The position numbers and the translations under genes are program-made. Below are positions 50,619 through 60,589 of a stretch of DNA of 64,000 nt, in pieces; within the stretch, counting starts at the first letter, position 1, and every line of letters begins with the position of its first letter. The DNA lies in contig DIJZ01000020.1 in the NCBI GenBank assembly GCA_002421425.1, positions 825-64,824 on the forward strand, in the 5' to 3' direction. The notes under the pieces were generated by a model. That model was not told the origin of the DNA and made no database searches. It saw only the letters and a list, made by a program, of their open reading frames with translations. The stretch is from a candidate division WOR-3 bacterium UBA5631 (GTDB taxonomy: Bacteria; Hydrothermota; Hydrothermia; UBA1063).

Positions 50619-51944
50619 ATGAGGAAAAGAGTAATTATAATGGGCGCTGCCGGAAGAGATTTTCACAACTTTAACGTATTTTTCAGAGACAATGACGAAT
50701 ACGAAGTCGTGGCTTTCACTGCAACTCAAATCCCGGACATTGCAGGCAGAAAGTATCCTGCAGAACTTGCAGGGAAGCTCTACCCAGAAGGTATTCCCAT
50801 TTACCATGAGGACGACCTTGATAATCTCATTAAGGAAAACAAAGTTGACTTCGTCGTATTTTCTTACTCCGACGTATCCCACGAATATGTAATGAACAGA
50901 GCTTCCAAAGCACTGGCAGCCGGAGCCAACTTCATGCTACTCGGCCCTGGATCCACGATGGTGAAATCTGTAAAACCTGTTATTTCTGTGTGTGCCGTAA
51001 GAACAGGTGCAGGGAAGAGTCAGACCACAAGAAGAGTAGCAGAAATCCTCAGAAAACTTGGCAAGAAAACCGTGGTGGTTCGGCACCCGATGCCTTACGG
51101 AGACCTTACAAAACAGGTGGTTCAGAGGTTCGCAAGTCTTGAAGATCTGGACAAACACCACTGTACCATTGAAGAAAGAGAAGAATACGAACCCCATATT
51201 GACCGTGGAAATGTAGTCTATGCGGGTGTGGATTATGAAAAGATCTTAAGACAGGCAGAGCAGGAGGCTGATGTGGTTCTGTGGGATGGAGGTAATAACG
51301 ACTTTCCGTTCTTCAAAACTGACCTCCACATTGTTGTCGCAGATCCGCACAGACCAGGACATGAGGTTACATACCATCCAGGAGAAACGAATTTGCGGAT
51401 GGCTGATATCATTATAATAAATAAGGTAGACACAGCCTACCCTGAAGACATTCAAATGGTTCGAGAGAATGCAAGATCTGCCAACCCTAAAGCGATAATC
51501 ATTGATGCGGCATCTCCTATATACGTTGAAAACCATGAATCCATTAAAGGGAAAAAGGTGCTCGTGATCGAAGATGGACCCACATTGACCCATGGCGAGA
51601 TGGCTTACGGAGCTGGCTATGTTGCGGCGGAAAAATATGGAGCCGCAGAAATTATTGATCCAAGACCTTACGCTGTGGGATCGATAAAGAAAACTTATCA
51701 AAAATTCACCCAGCTTGAGATGATCCTGCCTGCTATGGGATACTCTCCAAAACAACTCAGTGAACTTGAAGAAACCATTAACTCAGTACCTGCAGATCTG
51801 GTAATTGTTGCCACTCCAATTAACCTTGGAAAGATCCTCAAGATTAATAAACCTTACGTGCGAGTGAAATATGAACTTCAGGAAATTGGAAAGCCCGATC
51901 TTGAGGACATTATCAAGGAATTTTTTGCTACCAGGGAGAAATAA
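50619..51944 (+). CDS. P-loop NTPase domain protein, tentatively cyclic 2,3-diphosphoglycerate synthetase-like
   Basis: GAAGRDFHNFN N-terminus and Walker A CAVRTGAGKSQTT. 441 aa. The family assignment is from memory and is not verified. Confidence 0.3.
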   Translation: MRKRVIIMGAAGRDFHNFNVFFRDNDEYEVVAFTATQIPDIAGRKYPAELAGKLYPEGIPIYHEDDLDNLIKENKVDFVVFSYSDVSHEYVMNRASKALAAGANFMLLGPGSTMVKSVKPVISVCAVRTGAGKSQTTRRVAEILRKLGKKTVVVRHPMPYGDLTKQVVQRFASLEDLDKHHCTIEEREEYEPHIDRGNVVYAGVDYEKILRQAEQEADVVLWDGGNNDFPFFKTDLHIVVADPHRPGHEVTYHPGETNLRMADIIIINKVDTAYPEDIQMVRENARSANPKAIIIDAASPIYVENHESIKGKKVLVIEDGPTLTHGEMAYGAGYVAAEKYGAAEIIDPRPYAVGSIKKTYQKFTQLEMILPAMGYSPKQLSELEETINSVPADLVIVATPINLGKILKINKPYVRVKYELQEIGKPDLEDIIKEFFATREK

Positions 51945-51947
51945 TCA

Positions 51948-53705
51948 ATGGAAGGAAACTGGGAAGAGTTCAAGGAGAGGATAAGTAAAGAGCTGGAGGA
52001 GGCCGTAAAGACACTCTTCCAGAAAACGACCCAGGAAATTGAAGAAATTCTTTCATCATCAAAGTCAAGGATAGAGGAGATCCTTAAGAACTTTGAAGAT
52101 GAAAACCTGAACCCTGAGAAGATCAAAGAAAGCCTTAATGAATTTACTAAGGAAATTCTTGAAGATCGAAAGAGCCAGCTTGAATCTGTTTTGAAGTTAG
52201 AGGAAGACGCAATAAAGAGTGAACTTGACGAAACAAGAGAGAAAATTAAATCCAAGATAGAGGATCGTTTGACGCAGGTGGAACAGGAACTGGACTCCCA
52301 TATCAGAGAAGCCATTGAACCTGACAACATAAGAGGGATACTGGAAGAAAAAATTAAACGGTTTATTGAAGAGGAGACCCACATATTCGAAGAAGAGATA
52401 AAAGGCCTCGCAAAGGAAGTTTTAGAGAAGAACCAGAAAGACATTAGAAAAAGCATAGACAAGAATCTGAAGGCTTTTGTTGATGCTGAAGATGGCCTGA
52501 GAAAAGTGATAGGAGAACTCGTCAGAAATCAAAGCGATTACGTTGCTTCTGAACTCAAGGAGAAAATTAGCGAGCTTATTTCTTCCAGCTCTAGGGAGCT
52601 CCTTATGGAGTCTCCACTTTCCGAGCGAATTGCCGAAGTCGTCGGTTACGAAATGAAAAAATACTTTTCAGAGATAGAGAATCTAAAATCTTCTCTTGAT
52701 ATCCTTGAGATGAAGATAAAAATTCTTTCGGAATCGCCAAAATCCGAAATGGAAACTTCAGTTGATAGGATGCCCCTTGCGGAAGAAGCCATTGAAATTC
52801 CCAAGGTAGATATTTTTCCAGAGGACACTGGCGTTGAAGAAGTTATGGAAAACCTTGTTACTCCAGAGAACATTTCCGATCTATCCATAAAAGAAGAACC
52901 CACAGAGTTGGAGAGGAAGGAACCTCAAGAAGAGGTTGAAAAGGTCGAACCCCAGATTTCAGAGATACAAATCGTTGAGGAAGCGCCTGCTCCAAAGAAA
53001 GAAAAAGGAGTAAAGGAAAGAAGGTTTAAACTGGAGACCCCCATTGAAGTTACTTATTTCGGACATGCTGCATTTCTAATTTCTGCTAAAAACGCAAAAA
53101 TCCTGACAGATCCGTATAAACATATGGCCCTTAACAACTCCATAAAATACGCTCCCATAGATGTGGAAGCAGATTTTGTTACAGTAAGTCATATGCATAT
53201 GGATCAGGGGGCATGGAAGGAGATTCCAGGGAGTCCAAAACTCGTGGAAGTTGCTGGAGAAAAAACTTTTGCAGATTACCCCTACCTAAAATTCAAAGGC
53301 ATTCATACTTATCACGACAACGCTGAAGGAAACGTCAGAGGTTCAAATATGGTGTATAACATTGAGATTACTGGTATCAGAATTACGCACCTGGGCGCTT
53401 TGGGACATATCCTTACAAAAGAACAGGTCAGAGAAATCGGAAGACCTGTAGATATTCTAATAATACCCGTCGGAGGCTATGACACATTACCCGTGAAGGA
53501 TGCCTGGGAAGTTGTCGGACAGCTGGATCCATTAGTCGTAATCCCTATGAGATTTAAGACCGACGCCTGCGATCTTCCCCTCGCTGAAGTGGATGCTTTT
53601 ACGAGCCTTGCTAACTGCCCGGTGAAATTGCTGAATTCATCCTTAACCATCGAGGCGCTGCCGACCTCCCTTGAGATATGGGTTATGAAGCCTCTGAAAA
53701 TGTAG
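51948..53705 (+). CDS. Fusion of an N-terminal ~330 aa polyacidic coiled-coil region with a C-terminal MBL-fold (UPF0173-like) metal-dependent hydrolase
   Basis: The N-terminal region is E/K/L-rich heptad-like (EEILKNFEDENL...). The C-terminal region has YFGHAAFLI...VSHMHMDQ...HLGALGH. Confidence 0.6.
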   Translation: MEGNWEEFKERISKELEEAVKTLFQKTTQEIEEILSSSKSRIEEILKNFEDENLNPEKIKESLNEFTKEILEDRKSQLESVLKLEEDAIKSELDETREKIKSKIEDRLTQVEQELDSHIREAIEPDNIRGILEEKIKRFIEEETHIFEEEIKGLAKEVLEKNQKDIRKSIDKNLKAFVDAEDGLRKVIGELVRNQSDYVASELKEKISELISSSSRELLMESPLSERIAEVVGYEMKKYFSEIENLKSSLDILEMKIKILSESPKSEMETSVDRMPLAEEAIEIPKVDIFPEDTGVEEVMENLVTPENISDLSIKEEPTELERKEPQEEVEKVEPQISEIQIVEEAPAPKKEKGVKERRFKLETPIEVTYFGHAAFLISAKNAKILTDPYKHMALNNSIKYAPIDVEADFVTVSHMHMDQGAWKEIPGSPKLVEVAGEKTFADYPYLKFKGIHTYHDNAEGNVRGSNMVYNIEITGIRITHLGALGHILTKEQVREIGRPVDILIIPVGGYDTLPVKDAWEVVGQLDPLVVIPMRFKTDACDLPLAEVDAFTSLANCPVKLLNSSLTIEALPTSLEIWVMKPLKM

Positions 53706-53708
53706 TTA

Positions 53709-54743
53709 ATGCCTGAAAATCTTGTAACACTGAAGCCTGCAGAACTGCAAAAAGTTCTGGGTGAAATCAAAGAACCCCCTTACAGAATACGACAAATTTA
53801 TAAGTGGGTCTGGGGTAAAAGCAGTAATGAAATTTTAAATTTTTCGGATTTACCCACCCGACTTCGTGAGCATCTCTCAAGGAATTACTACATAAGACGG
53901 GCGGAATTGGTTTCTGCCCTTCATTCATCTGACGGAGCAATAAAATTCCTTCTAAGACTGGAAAACCAGGACCAGATAGAATCTGTTTTCATTCCAGATG
54001 CAGAGAGAAACACTGTTTGCGTCTCGTCCCAGGTAGGCTGTCCGCTGAAGTGCACCTTCTGCGCCACCGGAAAACTTGGATACACAAGGAATCTTAAGTT
54101 CCATGAAATACTGGAGCAGGTTCGAATAGTGCGGGATTATGTAAATACAAGGATTACAAATGTTGTTTTTATGGGTATGGGAGAGCCGCTCCTGAACTAT
54201 GAAGAAGTCATTGAGGCCGCAAGGATTCTGAATGACAACTATACTTTTGGGATAGGTGCAAGGAAAATTACCATATCCACGGCGGGGATAATTCCCGGAA
54301 TCAGGAAGTTAATGAAGGAGCCCGAACAGTTCAAGCTCGCAGTCTCTCTTAACTCTGCCATCCAGGAAAAAAGAGAAATGCTCATGCCAGTTGCAAAAAA
54401 ATTCACCCTGTTGAGTTTGAAAGAGAGTCTTATTGAATTTTACGAAGCCAAAAAGCGATGGATTACCTTTGAATATATCCTGATTCCTGAAGTGAACGAT
54501 TCGAAAGAGGACCTTGAGGCACTGGCGGATTATGTTAATTCTATACCCTCAAAACTCAACCTGATACCCTACAACCCTCATCCATACTCGGAATTCAGAG
54601 CACCAACGGATCAGGAAGTGGAGAAATTCCTGAAAGGACTCCGAAAACGCATTCTCAGAGCGGTAACCCTGAGAAAGTCAAAGGGACAGGATATTCAGGG
54701 CGCTTGCGGCCAGCTGGCTTACTTTGTGAAACCGAAAGAATAA
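53709..54743 (+). CDS. rlmN: 23S rRNA/tRNA adenine-C2 methyltransferase RlmN (radical SAM)
   Basis: CPLKCTFCATG (CxxxCxxC). N-terminus YRIRQIYKWVW; 344 aa. Confidence 0.85.
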   Translation: MPENLVTLKPAELQKVLGEIKEPPYRIRQIYKWVWGKSSNEILNFSDLPTRLREHLSRNYYIRRAELVSALHSSDGAIKFLLRLENQDQIESVFIPDAERNTVCVSSQVGCPLKCTFCATGKLGYTRNLKFHEILEQVRIVRDYVNTRITNVVFMGMGEPLLNYEEVIEAARILNDNYTFGIGARKITISTAGIIPGIRKLMKEPEQFKLAVSLNSAIQEKREMLMPVAKKFTLLSLKESLIEFYEAKKRWITFEYILIPEVNDSKEDLEALADYVNSIPSKLNLIPYNPHPYSEFRAPTDQEVEKFLKGLRKRILRAVTLRKSKGQDIQGACGQLAYFVKPKE

Positions 54744-55114
54744 GGCAAAAAATCCCGTACGGTTTTTTGGACAAGACCTTCAGAAGTCCTTATCAAAATG
54801 AGCATTTCCTTCGAAAACTCCGCAAGGACCTGCAGACATGCACCACACGGAAAAGGCGACACCGATGCGTTGTCGGCTACAATTGCAATAGCCTTAAAGT
54901 TTCTTTTGCCATCAGAGATGGCTTTGAATAGAGCCACTCTTTCTGCACAAATGGTAAGTCCGTACGAACTGTTTTCTACATTTACACCTGTATATACAGA
55001 ACCGTCCTCGCATAAAATAGCCGCTCCAACCCTGTAATTAGAATACGGTGCATACGCATTCCCAAGGGCACCCTCTGCTCTTTTTACAAGCTCCTCAATC
55101 TCTCCACGTAGCAT
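54719..55114 (-). CDS. cdd: Cytidine deaminase
   Basis: CAERVALFKAISDG and PCGACLQVLAEF zinc ligands. Confidence 0.85.
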   Translation of the reverse strand: MLRGEIEELVKRAEGALGNAYAPYSNYRVGAAILCEDGSVYTGVNVENSSYGLTICAERVALFKAISDGKRNFKAIAIVADNASVSPFPCGACLQVLAEFSKEMLILIRTSEGLVQKTVRDFLPYSFGFTK

Positions 55115-55329
55115 TGATCCTGACTCCTGAAATACTCAATCCGAAAGGAAGACCCATCTTCCAGCACTACTTTGTGTACTTCCCTTTCGTTTCCCATAAA
55201 ATCTCTCACTGTTCCCACGGGTATCCATTTCTCCACCAAAAGCTTCTTCCCTTCTACAATAATAGCCACAGGTCGCTCACAGACCTTTTCTCCATCATGC
55301 CAGACCACGTCAAAAGGATCCACTTTCAT
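55084..55329 (-). CDS. Small hypothetical protein (81 aa)
   Basis: An ORF between cvpA and cdd, overlapping cdd by 31 nt. No recognisable family. Confidence 0.3.
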   Translation of the reverse strand: MKVDPFDVVWHDGEKVCERPVAIIVEGKKLLVEKWIPVGTVRDFMGNEREVHKVVLEDGSSFRIEYFRSQDQCYVERLRSL

Positions 55330-55820
55330 TCTGTTCCAATGTTTTCGAAGAATTCCTTTACGTCTGCAAAATATCTTACCACATAGTGCTCATAAAAGGA
55401 AGATACTCTCCAGGCATAGACAGTCTTTTCAATGTATTGCCTTGTAAATTCAAATCTTCCCGCAAAATATAGAATTGTTCCTGCGAATACGAAACCTTCA
55501 AAAAAACCGAAAAGCAGACCGAGAATTCTGTCCATAAACCCTATTACTTTTGGCTTCAGAAGCTTCCTGAGCAGAAAAATAACCAGCTGGGTAAGCATTA
55601 TTATGAGAACAAAAAGAATCAAAATACTCAAAACCTTGAGGAGCAGCGGGTCTTTTATACCTCTTAGATAAAAACCCATCACATCGTTAAATCTTAGTGA
55701 AATGAAGACTGCAAGTATGAGACCAACCAGGGAAAGAAGTTCTTTCAGGAATCCTACGAGAAGACCTCTCAGCGAAAAGAATAGAAGAAGAATCAGCACG
55801 AAAATATCAATACCATTCAT
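55326..55820 (-). CDS. cvpA: CvpA family membrane protein
   Basis: MNGIDIFVLILLLFFSLRGLLVGF... Start taken at the internal Met, which gives a 4 nt overlap with the upstream gene. Confidence 0.7.
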   Translation of the reverse strand: MNGIDIFVLILLLFFSLRGLLVGFLKELLSLVGLILAVFISLRFNDVMGFYLRGIKDPLLLKVLSILILFVLIIMLTQLVIFLLRKLLKPKVIGFMDRILGLLFGFFEGFVFAGTILYFAGRFEFTRQYIEKTVYAWRVSSFYEHYVVRYFADVKEFFENIGTE

Positions 55821-56314
55821 ATTCTTATTTCTCTTAATTCGTAAGCATGCTTCCTGGAATCGTAGATCACAAAAGTTTTGCTCCCCGTTAGGTACCCGCA
55901 AGCCTCCCCTGGATTTACGATAAGTGTTTTCCCAATCTGTTCCAGGTGAACCTTGTGGGTATGACCATAAGCGACAATATCAAACCTTTGAGTTTCCGCT
56001 AGCTCCCTGACCATAAAAGGTTCATGCATTACAATGAGCTTTAGACCGCTTATTTCAAGTTCCGTTGGGATTTTCAATATAGAAATACTATGCTCTTTTG
56101 CCATTTCCGAAAGGTATAACTTCTCTCCATCGTTATTCCCAAAGATCATATAAAGGCTCCCCCCGTACACCTCACGTACAAACTTAAAATTGAAGGGAGA
56201 AATAAGGTCCCCAAGATGTATTACATTCTTTATACCTTCGCTTTCAAAAATCTTGAACGCTTCGTATATTACTTCCTTATGGTCGTGGGTATCAGAAATA
56301 AAACCAATCTTCAC
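55817..56314 (-). CDS. Metallophosphoesterase (YfcE/MJ0936 family)
   Basis: MKIGFISDTHDH...GDLISP...YGHTHK. Confidence 0.8.
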   Translation of the reverse strand: MKIGFISDTHDHKEVIYEAFKIFESEGIKNVIHLGDLISPFNFKFVREVYGGSLYMIFGNNDGEKLYLSEMAKEHSISILKIPTELEISGLKLIVMHEPFMVRELAETQRFDIVAYGHTHKVHLEQIGKTLIVNPGEACGYLTGSKTFVIYDSRKHAYELREIRI

Positions 56315-57129
56315 AACGTTCCTCCCACCAGAATTGCAAGAAGCACAAATATCATAAAGGTTTTGAAAAAAACACTCAATCGGGAAAAGGACCTTTCCCT
56401 TAAAACCTTGAAAGCAAGATATACAAGAATAACCAGCATCGAAATCAGGAAAATAGGGTTATGAAATACACTTAGAAAAGCAACAAAAGTCAAAATCACC
56501 AGTACAGCCAACAGCAGTACACCGAAGATGCGTATCCCCTTTTCTCCAATGTAGAAGGGAAGAGTTCTGTATCCAAACCTTTGATCTACTTTGAAATCTT
56601 CCATATCTTTCAGAGATTCACGCACCAAATTATATAGAATTGAGCAACTAACAGGAAACCACAATATTCTGAAATTAGAAATTTCCAGACCCATCAGCAA
56701 GAACGGAAAGGAGGTGAGTATACTTACCGCGAAATTCCCGAAAAATACAATTTTCTTTAAATAAAAATCGTAGAGGACTGCAAGAAAGAAACCCGCAACG
56801 AAAATAACCTTTGTAAGATTTCCGCGGTACAACAAAGCACTACCAAGGGTCAGAACCCCGAGAGCTATTGTGAATAATCTGGATTCCCTGATAGAGATTT
56901 CACCACGCGGGATTGGCCTCGATGGATGCGCCTCAAAGTCAAGTTCTGCATCAAGACAGTCATTAAGACTATTGGAAAATGCAGCCAGCAAAATTAGAGG
57001 CGTCACAAAAGATAAAAATTTTGCAGGGTCTCCACAGAAACCAGAAATTACAAAGGAAACAAAAGTAGCAAGAATGACGATGAGTAAGTTCAACGGTCTT
57101 ACAAGCTTATATGCTGCCACCAGTCTCAT
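56311..57129 (-). CDS. UbiA-family prenyltransferase
   Basis: 8-9 TM helices and the NSLNDCLDAELD aspartate-rich motif. Confidence 0.7.
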   Translation of the reverse strand: MRLVAAYKLVRPLNLLIVILATFVSFVISGFCGDPAKFLSFVTPLILLAAFSNSLNDCLDAELDFEAHPSRPIPRGEISIRESRLFTIALGVLTLGSALLYRGNLTKVIFVAGFFLAVLYDFYLKKIVFFGNFAVSILTSFPFLLMGLEISNFRILWFPVSCSILYNLVRESLKDMEDFKVDQRFGYRTLPFYIGEKGIRIFGVLLLAVLVILTFVAFLSVFHNPIFLISMLVILVYLAFKVLRERSFSRLSVFFKTFMIFVLLAILVGGTL

Positions 57130-57706
57130 AAATAATTCCTTCCTGCTTCAGAATCTTAAAAAGACCCTCCCTTAATTCCTCAAAGGTGCCGTTATTTGAA
57201 AGAATGAAGTATTTCCCCTCTAAAACTTCCCTTTCCTGGTTCTTTAAAACACTTTCAATCTTCTCAGTGCTCCAACCTTTCTGCTGAAGTCTTTCTTTAA
57301 TCTTTTCAGGAGAAGATTCGACTACTATGGAAAAATCTGCATAAGGGAAAAGCCCGAGTTTATGCGGTATAGCCACGTCCAGAACAATATGCCCTTTTCT
57401 TGAGTTTATAATATCCTTCAGCTTCTCCACAAGAATTGGGTGTACGACCCTTTCGAGAACCTCTAACTGGTTCTTATCACGGAAAACAATCCTTCCGAGA
57501 GCCTCCCGATTTACTTCGCCCGATTTTCCTACTATGACTGGCCCAAAGATGGATACCAGGTCGTCCTTCTTCTCTTCCAGTACTTCGTGAGCAACGTGGT
57601 CCACATCAACAACCTCAAATCCCATACCCTTGAAGATTTCTGCCAGTGTTGACTTTCCTGCACCTGCCTTTCCAGTAATAATTATGACCAATCCCCTTTC
57701 TTTCAA
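57107..57706 (-). CDS. coaE: Dephospho-CoA kinase
   Basis: IIITGKAGAGKSTLAEIF P-loop; 199 aa. Confidence 0.8.
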   Translation of the reverse strand: MKERGLVIIITGKAGAGKSTLAEIFKGMGFEVVDVDHVAHEVLEEKKDDLVSIFGPVIVGKSGEVNREALGRIVFRDKNQLEVLERVVHPILVEKLKDIINSRKGHIVLDVAIPHKLGLFPYADFSIVVESSPEKIKERLQQKGWSTEKIESVLKNQEREVLEGKYFILSNNGTFEELREGLFKILKQEGIIYETGGSI

Positions 57707-57707
57707 A

Positions 57708-59312
57708 TCATTTCCCCTGTATAATTTCCCGGTGCCTGAGGACTTCGGGATCTTCTGCGCCCCCTGAAATCACTGCCTTTTCAATGTATTCCATCGCATC
57801 ATCGATTCTACCCATTTTGAAAAGCACCCAGGCCTTCGTATCAAGAAAGTGAAAATCACCCGGCTCAGCTTCAAGAGCTTTGTTCACAAGCTCCAACGCC
57901 CTATCAAGGTCTCTTCCCACCTGAGCTAATGCATACGCAAGATTATTGTACTGCACGGGATCTGAAATTCCTGACTTCAAAAGGGCTTCAAGAATTAGAA
58001 TTGCAAAGTTGTATTCCTCTACATCCATTGCTATGTATGAAACAAAGATGGAATCATCTCTGCTGTTTGCTACAGAGAGGGCCCTATTAAGAAACTCAGG
58101 ATACGATACTTTAATTCCAGACGATCTGGCGTGCACTAGGTAATCAGCGTATCTTTTCAGATTCTTACTATCGAGGGTAAGAGCTTTAAGAAAGTTCCTA
58201 CTGGCGTTGATCTTATCTCCTTTGCTGTTCAGAGCCTCAGCTTTCAGGTAAAAAAGATACGCATCTTCACCAAATCTTAGTTCAGCACTGTAAATCTCTC
58301 TAAGAGCTTCATCGACCTTTGTCCCTACAAGGAGCAAATATATTTTGTAAAACAGATATTCCCTGGAGTCTGGATTAATTCTTATAGCAATCTGTATTTC
58401 CCTTAAAGCATCATTATTTACTCCCAAGGCTGCAAGAGTTCTTGCAAGGTAGTAGTGCACTTCTGGGTCACTATCCAGAAGGCCAGAAGAAACCAGGAGT
58501 TCGGAAAGTGCACGTTCATAATCACCCTTTCGATAGAAATGCATACCCGCAACCTTTCGAACATCCCAGCTAAAAGGGTTACGCTTCAGTAGAAAATCTA
58601 CAATAGTGTCACCTGCCTCGAAAATCCCATCTTCATCAAGAAGTTGCAGAAAAACTTTTAGAAAGTTCTCATCTCTATAATTCTGCTTATAGTACAGCTC
58701 GCGAAACATCTGAATCGCCTTTTCTCTTTCGCCCAGGAGTCGATAGTAAAGTCCTTTCAGAAAATTCACTTCCCTGTATTCTGAGTGCATGGCGTCGAGG
58801 TAAGAATATAACGAATCTTTCCTTTCCATCTTCCAAAGAAGGTCAAGATATGCCGAAATAAGGATTGGAAAATTCAGCACAAATCCCTTATTCCTTTCAA
58901 AATTAACCAAAGCTTCATAATTCTTACCCTGTAAGTAATAAATATATCCAAGGAAAACCGAGAGAGAGTCTGCAGAATATAATGACTTCTCAAGCACCTT
59001 GAGAAGAGTATCCAGCCTGTTAAGATTTTTCAAGATGGGCACCAACGCGAAGAATACCTGGGGATCAAATTCCCGCGATAAATACGCAAGCCCATATTTT
59101 AATCCATCCTGATTATTAGCAAGGGCTACCGAATAACCGAACATCTTTTTCAGGTAAAAGGGCTCGCGGGTCTTTTCGTACAGGGCTGAAGCCTCCTGGA
59201 ATGCTAGATCTACCCGATTTTGGGTTTCGTAGTAATTCATCATCATTTCCTGGGCAAGGGTATCTGTCTCAGGAACAACACAAAGAAGGAATAAAAGAAT
59301 TTTAATCAACAT
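57708..59312 (-). CDS. TPR-repeat protein (secreted)
   Basis: 534 aa with a signal peptide and multiple 34-residue Y/L/A-pattern repeats. Confidence 0.6.
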   Translation of the reverse strand: MLIKILLFLLCVVPETDTLAQEMMMNYYETQNRVDLAFQEASALYEKTREPFYLKKMFGYSVALANNQDGLKYGLAYLSREFDPQVFFALVPILKNLNRLDTLLKVLEKSLYSADSLSVFLGYIYYLQGKNYEALVNFERNKGFVLNFPILISAYLDLLWKMERKDSLYSYLDAMHSEYREVNFLKGLYYRLLGEREKAIQMFRELYYKQNYRDENFLKVFLQLLDEDGIFEAGDTIVDFLLKRNPFSWDVRKVAGMHFYRKGDYERALSELLVSSGLLDSDPEVHYYLARTLAALGVNNDALREIQIAIRINPDSREYLFYKIYLLLVGTKVDEALREIYSAELRFGEDAYLFYLKAEALNSKGDKINASRNFLKALTLDSKNLKRYADYLVHARSSGIKVSYPEFLNRALSVANSRDDSIFVSYIAMDVEEYNFAILILEALLKSGISDPVQYNNLAYALAQVGRDLDRALELVNKALEAEPGDFHFLDTKAWVLFKMGRIDDAMEYIEKAVISGGAEDPEVLRHREIIQGK

Positions 59313-60240
59313 TGACCTTTATGTTCATAAGCATCTGCATCATAAGCAATTTTTTATCCACGGACGAGCTTTTCAGCTGCGCGTCAAACCTCACAGTAAG
59401 CAGAAGCATTCTCAGCAAATCAGCCTGGCTGAACTTCAACCCCCGCGCACCAAGTTTATATTCCCTGATAAAATGATTAATAAGGGAAGAAGTCAAATAG
59501 GTGGGCTCTGATTCCTCAAAAACGCAGAGAAACTTTGAAAAAAACCCGGACTCCCCTGAAAGAACATCGTGCAATACTTCCCACACCCTCGCCGTCTCGT
59601 AATCGCTTATGATCTGCAAATCCTCCGAAGTCAAAAATTGCCTGTCCATAGAATACAACTCGAGTTTCTGTATCTCGTAAAAGGCACTCCTCAAATCCTC
59701 GGGCATCAACTCCACCATCCTTCGAATCAGGGTTGGAGAATTCACCTGCTTACCCATCTTTTTGATCTTGTCCTCGAGCCATTCTCCGTAGGATTGGCGA
59801 TCCAGAGGCCTAAAATTTATTACCTCAATATCTTTATGAATCGCAGGTTTTGCCTTCCATTCTTTCAATATGATAACAAAGTGCTCCCCAGCCCTGAGAA
59901 GGAGCTCAAGATACCTCAAAACCTTCTCTTCCCGATCCACAAACTTCACTACTAGAACCTTCGATTTCTGAAAAAGGCCACCCTGAAGATGAAGACCAAG
60001 TTCTCCTGCAAAATCCTTTGCGGAACCGTCGACAATATCCTTCTCAGCAGAAAGGGTCGCACAAATCTGGTCCACAGCGGTGTCCATCAGGTATGTTTCT
60101 GAACCCCAAAAAATATAGCCCTTTTTTATGGATGCAGGGTCCTTTAATCTCTTGAATAAATTTTTATATTCTTCCAGAGTTGGTGATTGCCTTGCCATCC
60201 AGAGAATTTTACAGTGGTGCTTATATTTTTCAAAATTCAT
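59302..60240 (-). CDS. holA: DNA polymerase III delta subunit
   Basis: GYIFWGSETYLMDTAV and an AAA+-lid-like fold. The start is ambiguous: 60198, 60240 or a TTG at 60303. Confidence 0.55.
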   Translation of the reverse strand: MNFEKYKHHCKILWMARQSPTLEEYKNLFKRLKDPASIKKGYIFWGSETYLMDTAVDQICATLSAEKDIVDGSAKDFAGELGLHLQGGLFQKSKVLVVKFVDREEKVLRYLELLLRAGEHFVIILKEWKAKPAIHKDIEVINFRPLDRQSYGEWLEDKIKKMGKQVNSPTLIRRMVELMPEDLRSAFYEIQKLELYSMDRQFLTSEDLQIISDYETARVWEVLHDVLSGESGFFSKFLCVFEESEPTYLTSSLINHFIREYKLGARGLKFSQADLLRMLLLTVRFDAQLKSSSVDKKLLMMQMLMNIKVNVD

Positions 60241-60277
60241 TTCGGCCACACTATAATTAAAAACAAAGGAGACAGAA

Positions 60278-60589
60278 ATGGACCTTAGATCAGAAATTAT
60301 CAAAAAATTAAAGGAAATATACGACCCTGAAATTCCAGTGGATATTTATAACCTCGGCTTGATTTACGGAATTGAAATAAACGGTAACAATGTAAATATA
60401 TTAATGACTCTCACAGCGCGAGGATGTCCCCTGGCTGGTACCCTATCGGAAGAAGTTCGCGAGAAACTTGCTGAAATTAACGGAATTGGTAACATTTCCG
60501 TCGAACTGACCTGGGAACCTCAATGGACTCCTGAGATGATAACGGAAGAAGGCCGGGAGAAACTCAGAAACTTTGGATATAATGTCTGA
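60278..60589 (+). CDS. DUF59/MIP18-family Fe-S cluster assembly protein (SufT-like)
   Basis: IYDPEIPVDIYNLGLIY...ARGCPLAG; AAGGAG SD. Confidence 0.75.
   Translation: MDLRSEIIKKLKEIYDPEIPVDIYNLGLIYGIEINGNNVNILMTLTARGCPLAGTLSEEVREKLAEINGIGNISVELTWEPQWTPEMITEEGREKLRNFGYNV

Noticed and set aside
51878-52462. Ser-rich 194 aa minus-strand ORF
   Set aside because: Antisense to the polyacidic coiled-coil coding region. The same artefact applies at 52646-52903.
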